From: Candidatus Eiseniibacteriota bacterium | Lineage (GTDB): Bacteria > Eisenbacteria > RBG-16-71-46 > SZUA-252 | Assembly: GCA_036274595.1 (NCBI GenBank) | Contig: DASUFL010000021.1 | Span: 8,521 to 72,520 of the forward strand | Length of the DNA: 64,000 nucleotides | Direction: 5' to 3' | Made by a program: the position numbers and the translations under genes | The notes under the pieces: model-generated | What the model saw: the letters and a program-made list of their open reading frames with translations, nothing else | Databases searched by the model: none | What the model was told of the DNA's origin: nothing | Shown: positions 22,018 through 32,077 of the stretch, piece after piece | Numbering within the stretch: the stretch's first letter is position 1 | How the letters are laid out: each line of letters starts with the position of its first letter

Positions 22018-24165
22018 TCAGTTCCGAACGGGGAGTGTGTAGATCTCGGAGTAGATCTCGTGTCCGCTCGTGCCGGACGCCATGAAATAGATGCGCACCT
22101 GACCCGCCTTGGAGCGGAGCACCTCGGGGGGCACGAGCGCCGCGTAGGAGCGCGAGCCCTCTTCGAGGCGCGTCATCCGCTTCGGCTGGAACGTGCCGCC
22201 GGGGGGCGCCGCGTAGAGCCAGAGCGCGAGCGACGGATCCCATTCGGACTCGGGAAGCGTGATGGTGAGCGGGAGCGGATTCGACCGGTCGATCGCGTCG
22301 GGCGGGTCGAACCGAAGCGGCTCGTCGGAATGCTCGCCGAACTCCGCGGTGACGAAGGCCTGCCCGCCCGACTTCACGTCGAGGATCGACACCTGCGGCG
22401 GGAATCCGCGCCGCGCCACGCGCACGCTGTGGGTCCCCGGTCCGAGGGTGATCTTGCCCGGCGTCACGCCGCGCGGAACGCCGTCGACCCAGAAGGGATC
22501 GCCGCGGCTCGGCTCGAACCCCGCGTCGCCCAGGATGCTGCTCTTCACCTCCACCGAGCCGTCGAGCGGCGTCGGGCCGACGCTCCCGACGAGCTCCGCG
22601 CTCTTGTCCTTCAGAACGTCGATCTCCTGCGCGCTCGTCGCGATCCCCGGACCGCTGAACCGCACGAGATGCCGCCCCACGACCACCTGGTCGAGCGTGA
22701 GCGGCGTCGTCCCCATGTAGACGCCGTCGAGATAGACGTCGAGAACGCGCTTCGGCTCCGATGAGGTGAACGCGACCGCGCCGTAGAGCGCGGGGTGGAG
22801 CGTCAGGCGCGTCGCGGCGGAGATCTCGACCGTATCGCGCCACGCGCCGTACGGTCCCCAGTCGAGCTCCACCTTGTGGAGTCCCGCGTCGAGCGAGACG
22901 CCGGTCAGCGGCGTGCGTCCTTCGAGCGCCACGCCGTCCACGTGCACGACGGCGCCGGGCGGATCGGAGAAGATGTCGGCCGTGCCGCTCACCGCCGCGG
23001 GCATAGGAGGCGCCGCGGAGCGCCTCGACGAATCGCCCAGGATTCCGGGAAGGAGCGCACGGATCAGGATGGCGACCGCGATGATCGCGAGCGCGCCTCC
23101 GCCCCACAGCGCGAGCGGCTCGTACCACGCGCGCTCCTCGCCGATCGGCGTGAGCGTCGGCGTGCGGGGACGGTCCGCGTCGCTCGATGCGACGGACTCC
23201 TCGGTTTCGACGGACGGCTCGGTCTCCGCGCTCGCCCCGTCCTCGATCGCCTCCCCGACGAAGCCAGGAGCGCCGCTCGGCACGGCCTGTGCGCTGTCGG
23301 CGATCGCGGGAGCGATGGGATCGAGCACGCCCAGACCGGGGGCTTCCTCGAAGCCCTCGGCGGCCGCGTGCTCCTCCACGAAAGGCGGCGGCGCTTCCGT
23401 CGCGAAGCCGGCCACGTCGAGGCTCTCGATCGGTTCCGGCTCCGCGACCGCGGCCACCACGTCCTGCGTCTCCGCTGTCAGCTCGGCCTCGGGACCGATC
23501 GATTCGGACTCCTGAGGCTGGAGGACGCGCACGGCGACCCGGCCGCGGTCGGCCGCCCCCTCCGACGCCGCTCGCAGGATCTGAACCGGGTCCATCGCCC
23601 CCGCGAGGTCTCGCGCCAGGAGCGCGATCTCCCCCTCCCTGAGCGGGCGGGTCGAGAGCACGTAGACGTCGCCCGGCTCGGGTTTCAGGGGCACGACCTC
23701 GATCCTTACCTGTGGCTCCGACCCCAGCGCCCCGCGCGGCGCATGGGGCCCCGGATCGGGATCGGCGCGCCCCAGGCGCGAGAGGAGGCCGCTCCGGTGC
23801 CGGAAACAGGGGCAATCGCCTGCGCTCACCGCCACCGCGTCCCCGCCCTGGAGGAGGAGAGCGAGAACGGCCACCCAGGGCCGATCTCCCTCGGGCCGGG
23901 CCATGAGCTCGGCATGGAGGGCGCGGAGCGCACCGATGACGCGCTTCAGAGGCGTCTCCTCGGGGTCCACGGTGGTGCTGAGGGCGAGGGCGATCTTCTC
24001 CTTGACCCAGATGGTCGGATCGATGACGTCCGCGGGTCCCATGGCTCCACGGGCCACCAAAGCGAAGCCCCGATCGGGGTCGAGGTGCGCCAGAGCACCC
24101 TCCCGATCGGGGCTGCGCGCGACACCGGCGATCCGGAATCGCGATCCGAGCTGGGTTTGGATCAC
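22018..24165 (-). CDS. Degenerate PP2C-like domain + acidic linker + TM helix + three PEGA domains
   Basis: PP2C-like scaffold (VSAGDCPCF..RSG.L.RL, GDVYVLST); TM LALWGGGALAIIAVAILIRALL; PEGA repeats SDPPGAVVHVDG, VYLDGVYMGTTP and FWVDGVPRGVTP. GTG start is supported by a promoter 6 nt upstream. Confidence 0.8.
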   Translation of the reverse strand: MIQTQLGSRFRIAGVARSPDREGALAHLDPDRGFALVARGAMGPADVIDPTIWVKEKIALALSTTVDPEETPLKRVIGALRALHAELMARPEGDRPWVAVLALLLQGGDAVAVSAGDCPCFRHRSGLLSRLGRADPDPGPHAPRGALGSEPQVRIEVVPLKPEPGDVYVLSTRPLREGEIALLARDLAGAMDPVQILRAASEGAADRGRVAVRVLQPQESESIGPEAELTAETQDVVAAVAEPEPIESLDVAGFATEAPPPFVEEHAAAEGFEEAPGLGVLDPIAPAIADSAQAVPSGAPGFVGEAIEDGASAETEPSVETEESVASSDADRPRTPTLTPIGEERAWYEPLALWGGGALAIIAVAILIRALLPGILGDSSRRSAAPPMPAAVSGTADIFSDPPGAVVHVDGVALEGRTPLTGVSLDAGLHKVELDWGPYGAWRDTVEISAATRLTLHPALYGAVAFTSSEPKRVLDVYLDGVYMGTTPLTLDQVVVGRHLVRFSGPGIATSAQEIDVLKDKSAELVGSVGPTPLDGSVEVKSSILGDAGFEPSRGDPFWVDGVPRGVTPGKITLGPGTHSVRVARRGFPPQVSILDVKSGGQAFVTAEFGEHSDEPLRFDPPDAIDRSNPLPLTITLPESEWDPSLALWLYAAPPGGTFQPKRMTRLEEGSRSYAALVPPEVLRSKAGQVRIYFMASGTSGHEIYSEIYTLPVRN

Positions 24166-24171
24166 GGGCGC

Positions 24172-24200
24172 AGAATAGGAACCGACGGTGTACCTGTCAA
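24172..24200 (-). promoter_or_regulatory. sigma70 promoter giving a leaderless transcript
   Basis: TTGACA (24200-24195), N17, TATTCT (24177-24172), then 6 nt to GTG 24165. Confidence 0.75.
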
Positions 24201-24461
24201 CAAGCCGATCGCATCGAGCCATGGCATATGGCTTGCAGTGCCTAGGGTTAACGGACCGCGCATCGCGGAACTGATTTCGGAGAGGACATCATTTCGCCTC
24301 GAAATCTTTTTGGGCTTGCGGAATGCACGGTCCACGCATTAGCCTCCGCAGGTCCGCATCAAGGCGACGAACAGGAAGTTCGCTAACCCCAGGGACCGGA
24401 CGGTCTTCGGACGTACCGCGTTCGGCCCTCCTGCATCGAAGACTGGGACGGAGGTATTCGT

Positions 24462-25885
24462 TTGATCCCTCGCAAGTCCTGTACATCTTCCTACTCCTCG
24501 GCCTGACCCTCCTGGTCCGCCCCTCGGCTCCTGCGTGCGCGGCGGTCATGGGTCCGGACATGCCCGGCGCCGTGATGCTGGGACCGGACATGGCCGGCTC
24601 GGACCACTCCACGCCGGAGAAGCCCGAGCCGGAGGCCAATTCCGATCCGGTCGCCCCCATCCAGGCCTCGTTCGACAGGGCCAAGGATCTGGCCCAATCG
24701 GGCAAGAATGCCGACGCGGCGGCCACCTGCGAGAGCGCGCTCAGGGACATCGAGAAGCTCTCGAGCGCGTCGCGGGGCGATGTCGTCCTCCTCAAGGAAG
24801 CGCTCGAGGACCTTAGGGACAAGTCGAAGGACGCCGCCCAGGAGGACGCCGACGAGGATCTCGCCTCCAAGCTCCCGCCGTCCCTCGCCCCCGTGGAGAT
24901 CGAGCGGAACGAGCGGGTCGACAAGTGGATCAACTACTACGCCGGCCGCGGCCGTGAGCGCTTCCAGATCTGGCTCCAGCGGTCCGGTTCCTACATGGAT
25001 CTCCTGACGCGCAATCTGAGGGCCGAGGGCGTGCCCGAGGAGCTCGCGAACCTCGTCTTCGTCGAGAGCGGCTTCAACATGCACGCGAAGTCGGTCGCGC
25101 GCGCCGTCGGTCCCTGGCAGTTCATTCGAGGCACGGCCCGCCTCTTCGGCCTGGAGATGACGGCGTACAAGGACGAGCGGCGCGATCCGGAGCTGGCCAC
25201 GCGCGCGGCCGCGCGCTACCTGCGCCGGCTCTACACGATGTTCGACGGCTCCTGGCCGCTCGCGCTCGCCGCCTACAACGCCGGCGAGGGCACCGTGCAG
25301 CGCGCGATCAAGCGCCAAGGGACGCACGACTTCTGGTCGCTCCGGCTCCCGCGCGAGACGCAGGACTACGTGCCGAAATTCCTCGCCGCGATGGAGATCG
25401 CGTCCGACCCGCAGCGCTACGGCTTCGATCTCCCGGAGAACTCGCCGCTCAAGTACGACATGGTGACCGTGCGCGGTCCCGTCGACATGAAGGAGCTCTC
25501 ACGCGTCAGCGCGGTCGAGGTGGACGAGCTCCAGCGGCTCAATCCGGTGTTCGTCCGCCACCGCATGCCGGCCGACAAAGAAGGCACCATGGTCCGCGTC
25601 CCGCACGGCATGGGCGAGCAGGTGCAGCAGGCCCTCCAGAGCGACTACAAGCCGCGTCCGCTCACGAAGACGGAGCTTCGGACGGCGGCCCGGGAGCACA
25701 AGAAGGAGATGCGTCCCGTGCGGCACGGCCGGCATGGCCGTCGCGGCGTGCACGTGGTGCGCCGGGGCGAGACGCTGTCGCAGATCAGCGCCAGGTACCA
25801 CGTGAGCTCGAGCCGCCTGCGCCAGCTGAACGGCCTCGCCGACGCCGGCTCCATCCGCGCCGGCCAGCGCCTCCGCATCCAGTAG
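24462..25885 (+). CDS. mltD: Membrane-bound lytic transglycosylase D-like protein (SLT + LysM); 5' end needs a 1-nt frameshift or another start
   Basis: [22 protein letters not shown] and [11 protein letters not shown]; Lys[17 protein letters not shown]...LNGL...IRAGQRLRI. The start is uncertain (see findings). Confidence 0.85.
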
Positions 25886-25921
25886 CGCGTCTCGCGGCGC
25901 GGGCGCGCCCCGTTCCCTCCC

Positions 25922-27181
25922 CTAGCGCTCCAGCACGTCCCCGCTCGCGAGCCCGTCGTGCGGAAAATCCTCTTCCGCGAGATCGGGCGCGATCCGCACG
26001 TTCCGTCCGACGGTGATCCCCTCGGGTACGCGCGTCTCCTTGCCCACGAGCGTGATCCCTGCGCTCAGGTGCTCGGGACAGGCGCGATTGGGCGTCGACG
26101 GTCCGGTGCCGATCACGGCCGCGCGACCCACGTGCACGCGCTTGTCGAGGATCACGCGGTCGAGCACGGCGTCCGGACCGATCCAGGCCGCCCCCATCAC
26201 GATCGAGTCGCGCACCACCGCCCCCTCCTCGACGACCGCTCCCGGAAAGAGAACCGACCGCTCGACCGTGCCGTTCACGATCGTGCCGTGCGTCACGATG
26301 GACGAGCGGACCTGCGCGCCGGCTCCAATGCGGGCCGGCGGATACTCGGTGGAGGGTGTGAAGATGGGCCAGCGGGCGTCCTCGAGCGGAAACGGAGGAT
26401 CCTCGCTCACGAGATCGAGATTGGCCTGATAGAAGGAGTCGAGCGTCCCGATGTCCTGCCAGTAGCCCGGGACGAGAAAGGCGGCGACGCGTCCGCGCTC
26501 CACGAGCGCGGGGAGGATGTCCCGGCCGAAGTCGTGCGCCGAGTTCCGCTCGTCGTCCTTCACCAGCTCTTGCAGGAGCGCCGCGACCCGGAACACGTAG
26601 ACGCCCATCGAGATCCTCCCCGAGGGCGGATTCTTCGGCTTCTCGAGAAAGCCCGTGATCCATCCCGAGGCGTCCGTGCGCACCACGCCGAAGTGGGACG
26701 CCTGCTCGACCGGAATCTCGGTGATCGCGACCGTCGCGTCGGCGCCCCGCTCCAGATGCGCCTCGATCATGGGGCGGTAGTCCATGCGGTACACGTGATC
26801 GCCCGAGAGCACCAGGATGTGCTCCGCCTGGCGATCCGCGACGCGGTGCCAGTTCTGCCAGACCGCGTCCGCGGTGCCGCGGTACCAGTCGTTCTCCGCC
26901 CACCCCTGGAAGGGCTGGAGGAGCTCGACCCCGCCGCGCTTTCGATCGAGATCCCAGGCGCGGCCGATCCCGATGTGGTCGCGCAGCGAGAGCGGCCGGT
27001 ACTGGGTGAGAATGCCGACGTCGAAGATGCCCGAGTTCACGCAGTTCGAGAGCGTGAAGTCGATGATGCGGTACTTGCCGCCGAAGGGAACGGCGGGCTT
27101 GGCGCGCTTCTCCGAGAGGAGGCAGAGCCGGCTCCCGACGCCGCCGGCGAGGATCATCGCGTACTGGACCCCGCTCATCAT
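25922..27181 (-). CDS. glgC: Glucose-1-phosphate adenylyltransferase, catalytic-type subunit
   Basis: [67 protein letters not shown] and YWQDIGT; C-terminal left-handed beta-helix. Confidence 0.95.
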   Translation of the reverse strand: MMSGVQYAMILAGGVGSRLCLLSEKRAKPAVPFGGKYRIIDFTLSNCVNSGIFDVGILTQYRPLSLRDHIGIGRAWDLDRKRGGVELLQPFQGWAENDWYRGTADAVWQNWHRVADRQAEHILVLSGDHVYRMDYRPMIEAHLERGADATVAITEIPVEQASHFGVVRTDASGWITGFLEKPKNPPSGRISMGVYVFRVAALLQELVKDDERNSAHDFGRDILPALVERGRVAAFLVPGYWQDIGTLDSFYQANLDLVSEDPPFPLEDARWPIFTPSTEYPPARIGAGAQVRSSIVTHGTIVNGTVERSVLFPGAVVEEGAVVRDSIVMGAAWIGPDAVLDRVILDKRVHVGRAAVIGTGPSTPNRACPEHLSAGITLVGKETRVPEGITVGRNVRIAPDLAEEDFPHDGLASGDVLER

Positions 27182-28455
27182 CGCGCCGCCCCCACGGGCC
27201 GCGGCCTCACCGTCGAGCCGGAGGGCACCTCGTCGCGCCCGAAGTCGCGCTCCCGCACGCCGATCTCGACGAGCGTGTTCCGCCCCACCCTGGCGCCGGC
27301 CGGCACCTCGGCCCCCTTCCCGATCACGCAGAGCCCGCCTGCCAGATCGTGCGGGTGCTCGCGGTGGCGGACGGGCTCGCCGACGCCTACCTCGGCCTTC
27401 TCGCCGATCCGCACCTGCTTGTCGATGATGGCGCCATGGAGGCGCGCGCCCGGAAGGATGCGCGTGTCGTGCATCACGATGGAGTCCTCGACGACCGCCC
27501 CCGCGCCCACGTGGACGCCTGGGAAGAGAATCGAGCGGCGCACGGCCCCTTCGATGCGAGCGCCGTGCGCGATCATGCTCGACGCGACCTCGGCGGTCCC
27601 GCCCAGGAGGCAGGGCGCGCGGTCCTCGCTCGGCGTGTAGACGAGCCAGTCGGGATCGTTGAGGTTGATGGGGGGAAGCGGGCGCAGGAGATCCATGCTC
27701 GCCGCGTAGTAGGAATCGATCGTCGTCACGTCGTGCCAGTAGCCGTCGAAGGGCTCCGCGTGCACCGGGAGCCCCTCCTCGATCATCGGACGGATCACGT
27801 CCGCCACGAGGTCGGGACCGAGCGAGGGATCGGCGAGCCGCGCGAGGAGATCGCGCCCGCGGAAGAGATAGATCGAGGCCGACACCTGGGTCCCCGGCCC
27901 TCCGTCGCGGCGCACCTCGACGCCGCGGAGGCGGCCCGTGCCGTCCACGTCCACGATGCCGTAGCGCTCCGCCTCGTCATCGGGGCTCCGCGTCGTGACC
28001 ACCGTCAGGACCGAGCCGCGCGCCTCGTGGCGCGCGATCAGCGATCCGTAGTCCATCTTGTAGATGAGGTCCCCGGAGACGACGAGGATGTGCCGCGCCT
28101 GCGCGTCCGCGATCACGTTCCGGTTCTGGACGAGCGCGTCGGCGGTGCCGCGGTACCAGTTCGTCGCGCGCTGCCGCACGTAGGGCGGAAGAAGGCGGAT
28201 CCCGCCGTCCCGCCGGTCGAGGTCCCACGCCCGGCCGATCCCGATGTGCTCCTGGAGCGACAGGGGCGCGTACTGCGTGAGCACGCCGATCCGGTAGAGC
28301 CCCGAGTGGACGCAGTTCGAGAGGGTGAAGTCGATGATGCGATACTTGCCGCCGAAGGGGAGCGCCGAGGCCGTGCGCATGCGCCCGAGCGCGTGGAGCC
28401 GCTCGCTCTTCCCCCCCGCGAGCACGAGGACGAGGATCGGCGGGACGACGGTCAG
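27178..28455 (-). CDS. glgD: GlgD-like (non-catalytic-type) ADP-glucose pyrophosphorylase paralog
   Basis: Same fold motifs as GlgC ([29 protein letters not shown]), but RAKPA becomes RTASA and EKP becomes EVR. Start inferred at CTG 28455; the first canonical start is GTG 28425. Confidence 0.75.
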   Translation of the reverse strand: MTVVPPILVLVLAGGKSERLHALGRMRTASALPFGGKYRIIDFTLSNCVHSGLYRIGVLTQYAPLSLQEHIGIGRAWDLDRRDGGIRLLPPYVRQRATNWYRGTADALVQNRNVIADAQARHILVVSGDLIYKMDYGSLIARHEARGSVLTVVTTRSPDDEAERYGIVDVDGTGRLRGVEVRRDGGPGTQVSASIYLFRGRDLLARLADPSLGPDLVADVIRPMIEEGLPVHAEPFDGYWHDVTTIDSYYAASMDLLRPLPPINLNDPDWLVYTPSEDRAPCLLGGTAEVASSMIAHGARIEGAVRRSILFPGVHVGAGAVVEDSIVMHDTRILPGARLHGAIIDKQVRIGEKAEVGVGEPVRHREHPHDLAGGLCVIGKGAEVPAGARVGRNTLVEIGVRERDFGRDEVPSGSTVRPRPVGAAR

Positions 28456-28480
28456 GCGCGGACCCTCCGGCGCGGAGCGC

Positions 28481-29509
28481 CTAGAATGCGTAGGAAGCGG
28501 AGATGCGGTGGCTCGAATCCAGATCCTGATGGTCCAGGTACGCGTAGTCGAGCCCGAATTTCTTGAAGCGGAAGCCGGTCCCTGCCGCGAAGTTCTTCCC
28601 CTCGAGGCCGGTTCGCAGGGCGAGCTTTCGCTCGAGCCAGTATTCGAGGCCAGGGTGGAAGACGAACGTCACCGAGCCGAGATTGGCCTGGCTCGAGAGC
28701 TGCTCGTCGGAGAAGCCCATGTCCACGTCGAACGCCGCGGTGATGATGTGCTTCCGGTTCGAGAAGGCGGTCGTCTTCGCGAAGCCGAGGCGCAAGGAGG
28801 GAGCGATGAACTCGTCCGTGCCGGTGTTCCAGAGGATCCGCGTGGTGGTGGCATCGCTCAGCTTCGCACCCGCCGACCATCCGTGCGGGCCCAGGTAGAG
28901 CGCGCCGACGTCGAGGCCGAATCCGTTCGAGCGGAGACTGTCCCCCAGCCACTGGTGCACGAGCTTCACGTTGCCGCCGAGCGAGAACCCGCGGCTCACT
29001 TCGCGCGCGTAGCTGAAGAGGAGCGCGACGTCGTTGTCGCTGTCGAACACGAAGCGGCTCTCGTCCACGACGAGGCGGTCCTCGGGATAATCGAAGCGGC
29101 CGTTTCCGTTCACGTCGATGATCTCGAGCCCGCGCGTGTCGGGGATCTCGTCCACGCCGAGGCGGATGAGCGAGACCGCGAGCCCCTGCTTCGCCTTGCC
29201 CGGCGCGCCCAGGGGGGCGGAGTAGGACAGGTAGTCGTACTGCACGATGGATCCGAACTGCTCCGCGTGCATGGCCTGGACTTCATGCTTGTCCAGCGTG
29301 GCGAGCCCGGCCGGATTCCAGTACGCCGCCGTCCCGTCGTCGGCGAGGCCGGCGAAGGCGCTCCCCATGCCGAGCGCGCGCGCGCCAACCCCGACGCGGA
29401 GGAATTCCCCGGCGTAGCGGGTCGCGTGGGCGGGGAGGGCGAGCAGGAGGAGCCCGGCCGACAGGGCCAGAAGGGCCGGAAGGCGCGTGCGGAGACTCGG
29501 AAGGGTCAT
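28481..29509 (-). CDS. PorV/PorQ family (UPF0164) outer-membrane barrel
   Basis: Signal peptide, FLRVGVGARALGMGSAFAGLADDGTAAYWNPAGL, GFGLDVG, GLEYW, LDYAY and terminal SYAF. Confidence 0.85.
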   Translation of the reverse strand: MTLPSLRTRLPALLALSAGLLLLALPAHATRYAGEFLRVGVGARALGMGSAFAGLADDGTAAYWNPAGLATLDKHEVQAMHAEQFGSIVQYDYLSYSAPLGAPGKAKQGLAVSLIRLGVDEIPDTRGLEIIDVNGNGRFDYPEDRLVVDESRFVFDSDNDVALLFSYAREVSRGFSLGGNVKLVHQWLGDSLRSNGFGLDVGALYLGPHGWSAGAKLSDATTTRILWNTGTDEFIAPSLRLGFAKTTAFSNRKHIITAAFDVDMGFSDEQLSSQANLGSVTFVFHPGLEYWLERKLALRTGLEGKNFAAGTGFRFKKFGLDYAYLDHQDLDSSHRISASYAF

Positions 29510-29600
29510 GGCCGGATGATGGGACCCCTGGCCTTATAGCGCGGCATCTCCTGGGGAACTACCCGCGGGCAAAGCCGCCGGTTCCCCCCGGCGGCCCGGA

Positions 29601-30035
29601 TCACGGTGCGGCGCTCCGACGGGGCCTCGCCGGCTCCGGCTCGCCGTTCGTGGTCGGGATGCGGCGGATGGTCCGCCAGACGATGTACTGCTCGATCAGC
29701 TCCCGGTCTCCCTCGGCCAGGTCGGTGAAGTAGCAGGCCAGCTCGTAGCGGGTCTGCTGGCGGGGTCCGGTCCGCTCCTCGCACCGGACGATCACGCCCT
29801 GGACCTGGAGCATCCGCTCGCGCCGGAGGCTCCGCCCGAACGGCGGCAGGAGCAGGGTCAGAGCCACCTTCGTGAGCGGCGACAGGAAGTGGCGGCTCCC
29901 GAACTGGATTCCGCTCGCGGAGAGGTTGATGGACTCGGTGGTGACGACCGACGCTTCGTCCCCCCCTGCGACCTGCATCGCGAGCTTGGCGGAGATGCGC
30001 GGCGATTGGCGGCGCTCGCGGGTCGGCTTCGTCAT
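29601..30035 (-). CDS. Single-domain PilZ protein (putative c-di-GMP receptor)
   Basis: ERRQSPR (RxxxR) and NLSASG (D/NxSxxG) motifs are both intact. Confidence 0.85.
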   Translation of the reverse strand: MTKPTRERRQSPRISAKLAMQVAGGDEASVVTTESINLSASGIQFGSRHFLSPLTKVALTLLLPPFGRSLRRERMLQVQGVIVRCEERTGPRQQTRYELACYFTDLAEGDRELIEQYIVWRTIRRIPTTNGEPEPARPRRSAAP

Positions 30036-30068
30036 GGGATCTCTCCTTGTGGGTGCGTCCCTCGGGGC

Positions 30069-32048
30069 CTAGCGGCGACCCTTCTGACGCCGGTGCGCGG
30101 TGCGCTTCCCCTGCGCCCGCCGTTTCTGCCTCGGGCCGCCCCCGATGCCTGGGACGAGCCCCAATTCGACTTCTCTGCGGTCGAGGTCGGCGCGGCTGAC
30201 CACGACCGCGATCGCGTCTCCCAGCCCGAAGCGATGCCGAGATCGCTTGGACCGGAACGAAAATCCGTGCTCCGCGAGGCTCAGCGACGGATCGCCGAGC
30301 GCCCGCTTCGGCAGGAACCCCTCGATGTTCCAGTCGGGGATCCTGACGAAGAGTCCGCCCGGGGTGAGTCCCGCGATGATGCCCCGCGCTTCTTCACCCA
30401 AGCGCTGGAGCGCGAAACGCACCGCCTTCCGCTTCTCGACGTCGCGCTCCGCGTCGTCGGCGGCGATCTCCGCCTCCGTGGCGCGCCCCGCGACCGACGC
30501 GTTGAGCCACTCCCCCGCGAACGCCCAGGGATCGCCCCCCGCGCGCGGGTGTCCTTCGAGCAGGAACCGCTTCACGATCCGGTGATTCGCGAGATCGGGA
30601 TACCGGCGGATGGGGGAAGTGAAGTGCGCGTATCCCGCCATTCCCAGTCCGAAATGACCCACGTCGACCAGATCGTAGCGAGCTTTTTCCAGGGCACGGA
30701 GCAGGTACAGGTTGAGGAGCCGATCTTTCGGTGCGCGGCCGTGGCTGATCCAGCGCCGAAGCTGCCGCGCATCCGTGACGATTTGCGCCGGTCCCTGTTT
30801 GCCGAGATAACGTGCCGCCTCGAAGAAGGAGCGCAGCTTATCATACCGGGGTCGCTCGTGAACCCGGTAAAGAAAGGGGAGCTCGCGCTCGTGAGCGCGC
30901 TGCCCCACGATCTGGTTCGCGAGCAGCATGAACTCCTCGATCAGCCCGTGCGTCGGCAGCCGGGGCGTCTCGTCGAAGCGCACGGGATCTCCCTGCGCGT
31001 CCAGCTCCGGCTTGATCTCCGGCAGGTCGAGCTCGAGGCCCCCCTTCTCGAAGCGCCGCTCGCGAAGCGCGTTCGCGAGCCGGTCGAGCGTGCGGAGCGC
31101 GACCGCGGTGTCTCCCGACTCCTCGCGCAGGATCCGGTGCGCCTCGGGATAGCTGAGCGACGCCGCACTCCGGATCACTCCCTCGACGACGCGCGCGCCG
31201 ACGAGCGCGCCGTTCTCCGCGATATCCGCGAGCACGGAGACCGTGAGCCGGTCGTCCCCTTCCGTCAGGCTGCAGAGCGTGGACGAGAGCGCCTCGGGCA
31301 GCATCGGATAGGTCGTGTCCGCGAGATAGACGCTCGTCCCGCGCTCGATCGCCTCCCGGTCGAGGGCGGTACCTGGGCGGACGTAGTGTGTCACGTCGGC
31401 GATGTGGATGCCGACCGTGGTCACGCCTCCGGTCACGGCCTCGATCGAGAGCGCGTCGTCGTGGTCCTTCGCGTCGGCCGGATCGATCGTGAGCACGCGG
31501 CTCGCGCGAAAGTCGGTGCGCCCGCGAATCGCGTGCGACACCGAGTCCTCGCGGAACGCGGCCGCCTCGCGCTCGGCTTCGGGATCGAACTCGGTCCGGA
31601 TCCCCTCCTCGAGCGCGACGATCCAGCTGTCCTCGCGCGGGTCGTCGTCCGCGAACACGGCCTCGACCGTGCCGACGAGCGGCTCGGGAGGCGTCGGCTT
31701 CAAACGCACGAGGACGCGCGTGCGCGGCGGGATGCGCGCGCGGCCATGGAGCGTGAGCAGGATCTCGCGGGGATACTCGGGCCGCTCCGGCAGGAGGAGC
31801 GCGTTCCGTCCGCGCCCTTCGAAGCGCCCCAGGATGCCGTACTTCGTTCGCTCGAGGATCTCGAGCACTTCGTGCGCGTCGCCCTGCGGGCCCGAGTCGA
31901 GGTAGCCGGCCCGCACGCGATCTCCGTGGAGCGCCCCCCCCATGGCGAAGGGGGGGATGAAGAGGTCCTCGCCGCCATCCTCGACCCGGACGAATCCGTA
32001 GCCGAAGCGCGTGCGCTCGAGGCGCCCGACCTGAGTGCGCTGGGTCAT
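30069..32048 (-). CDS. rnr: Ribonuclease R family exoribonuclease (no N-terminal wHTH)
   Basis: CSD1 GYGFVR..DLFIPP, catalytic TIDPADAKDHDDALS, RGTSVY, HFTSPIRRYPDL, S1 domain and a basic C-terminal tail. Confidence 0.93.
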   Translation of the reverse strand: MTQRTQVGRLERTRFGYGFVRVEDGGEDLFIPPFAMGGALHGDRVRAGYLDSGPQGDAHEVLEILERTKYGILGRFEGRGRNALLLPERPEYPREILLTLHGRARIPPRTRVLVRLKPTPPEPLVGTVEAVFADDDPREDSWIVALEEGIRTEFDPEAEREAAAFREDSVSHAIRGRTDFRASRVLTIDPADAKDHDDALSIEAVTGGVTTVGIHIADVTHYVRPGTALDREAIERGTSVYLADTTYPMLPEALSSTLCSLTEGDDRLTVSVLADIAENGALVGARVVEGVIRSAASLSYPEAHRILREESGDTAVALRTLDRLANALRERRFEKGGLELDLPEIKPELDAQGDPVRFDETPRLPTHGLIEEFMLLANQIVGQRAHERELPFLYRVHERPRYDKLRSFFEAARYLGKQGPAQIVTDARQLRRWISHGRAPKDRLLNLYLLRALEKARYDLVDVGHFGLGMAGYAHFTSPIRRYPDLANHRIVKRFLLEGHPRAGGDPWAFAGEWLNASVAGRATEAEIAADDAERDVEKRKAVRFALQRLGEEARGIIAGLTPGGLFVRIPDWNIEGFLPKRALGDPSLSLAEHGFSFRSKRSRHRFGLGDAIAVVVSRADLDRREVELGLVPGIGGGPRQKRRAQGKRTAHRRQKGRR

Positions 32049-32077
32049 GGGATCACCGCCGGCGCCGCGTCAGGAGT

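Noticed and set aside
19457-23815. 1452-aa ORF suggesting a giant ComEC fusion
   Set aside because: The first 619 codons are an off-frame read of the PP2C-PEGA gene. ComEC has its own SD and ATG at 21958.
24166-24222. ATG 24222 as the start of the PP2C-PEGA gene
   Set aside because: A consensus TTGACA-N17-TATTCT promoter lies inside those codons, so they would not be transcribed from it.
24541-24600. Short duplicated unit in mltD (AVMGPDMPG / [10 protein letters not shown])
   Set aside because: Only two degenerate copies in a low-complexity linker; no evidence of phase variation or function.
27050-28370. Near-identical DNA stretches around 27050-27090 and 28320-28360 as a repeat element
   Set aside because: They encode the shared [17 protein letters not shown] motif of the glgC and glgD-like paralogs.
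30069-32048. rnr as a 5'-truncated pseudogene
   Set aside because: It begins cleanly at CSD1 with an SD-like GGTGATC, all catalytic Asp residues and the basic tail are present, and wHTH-less RNase R proteins are common.
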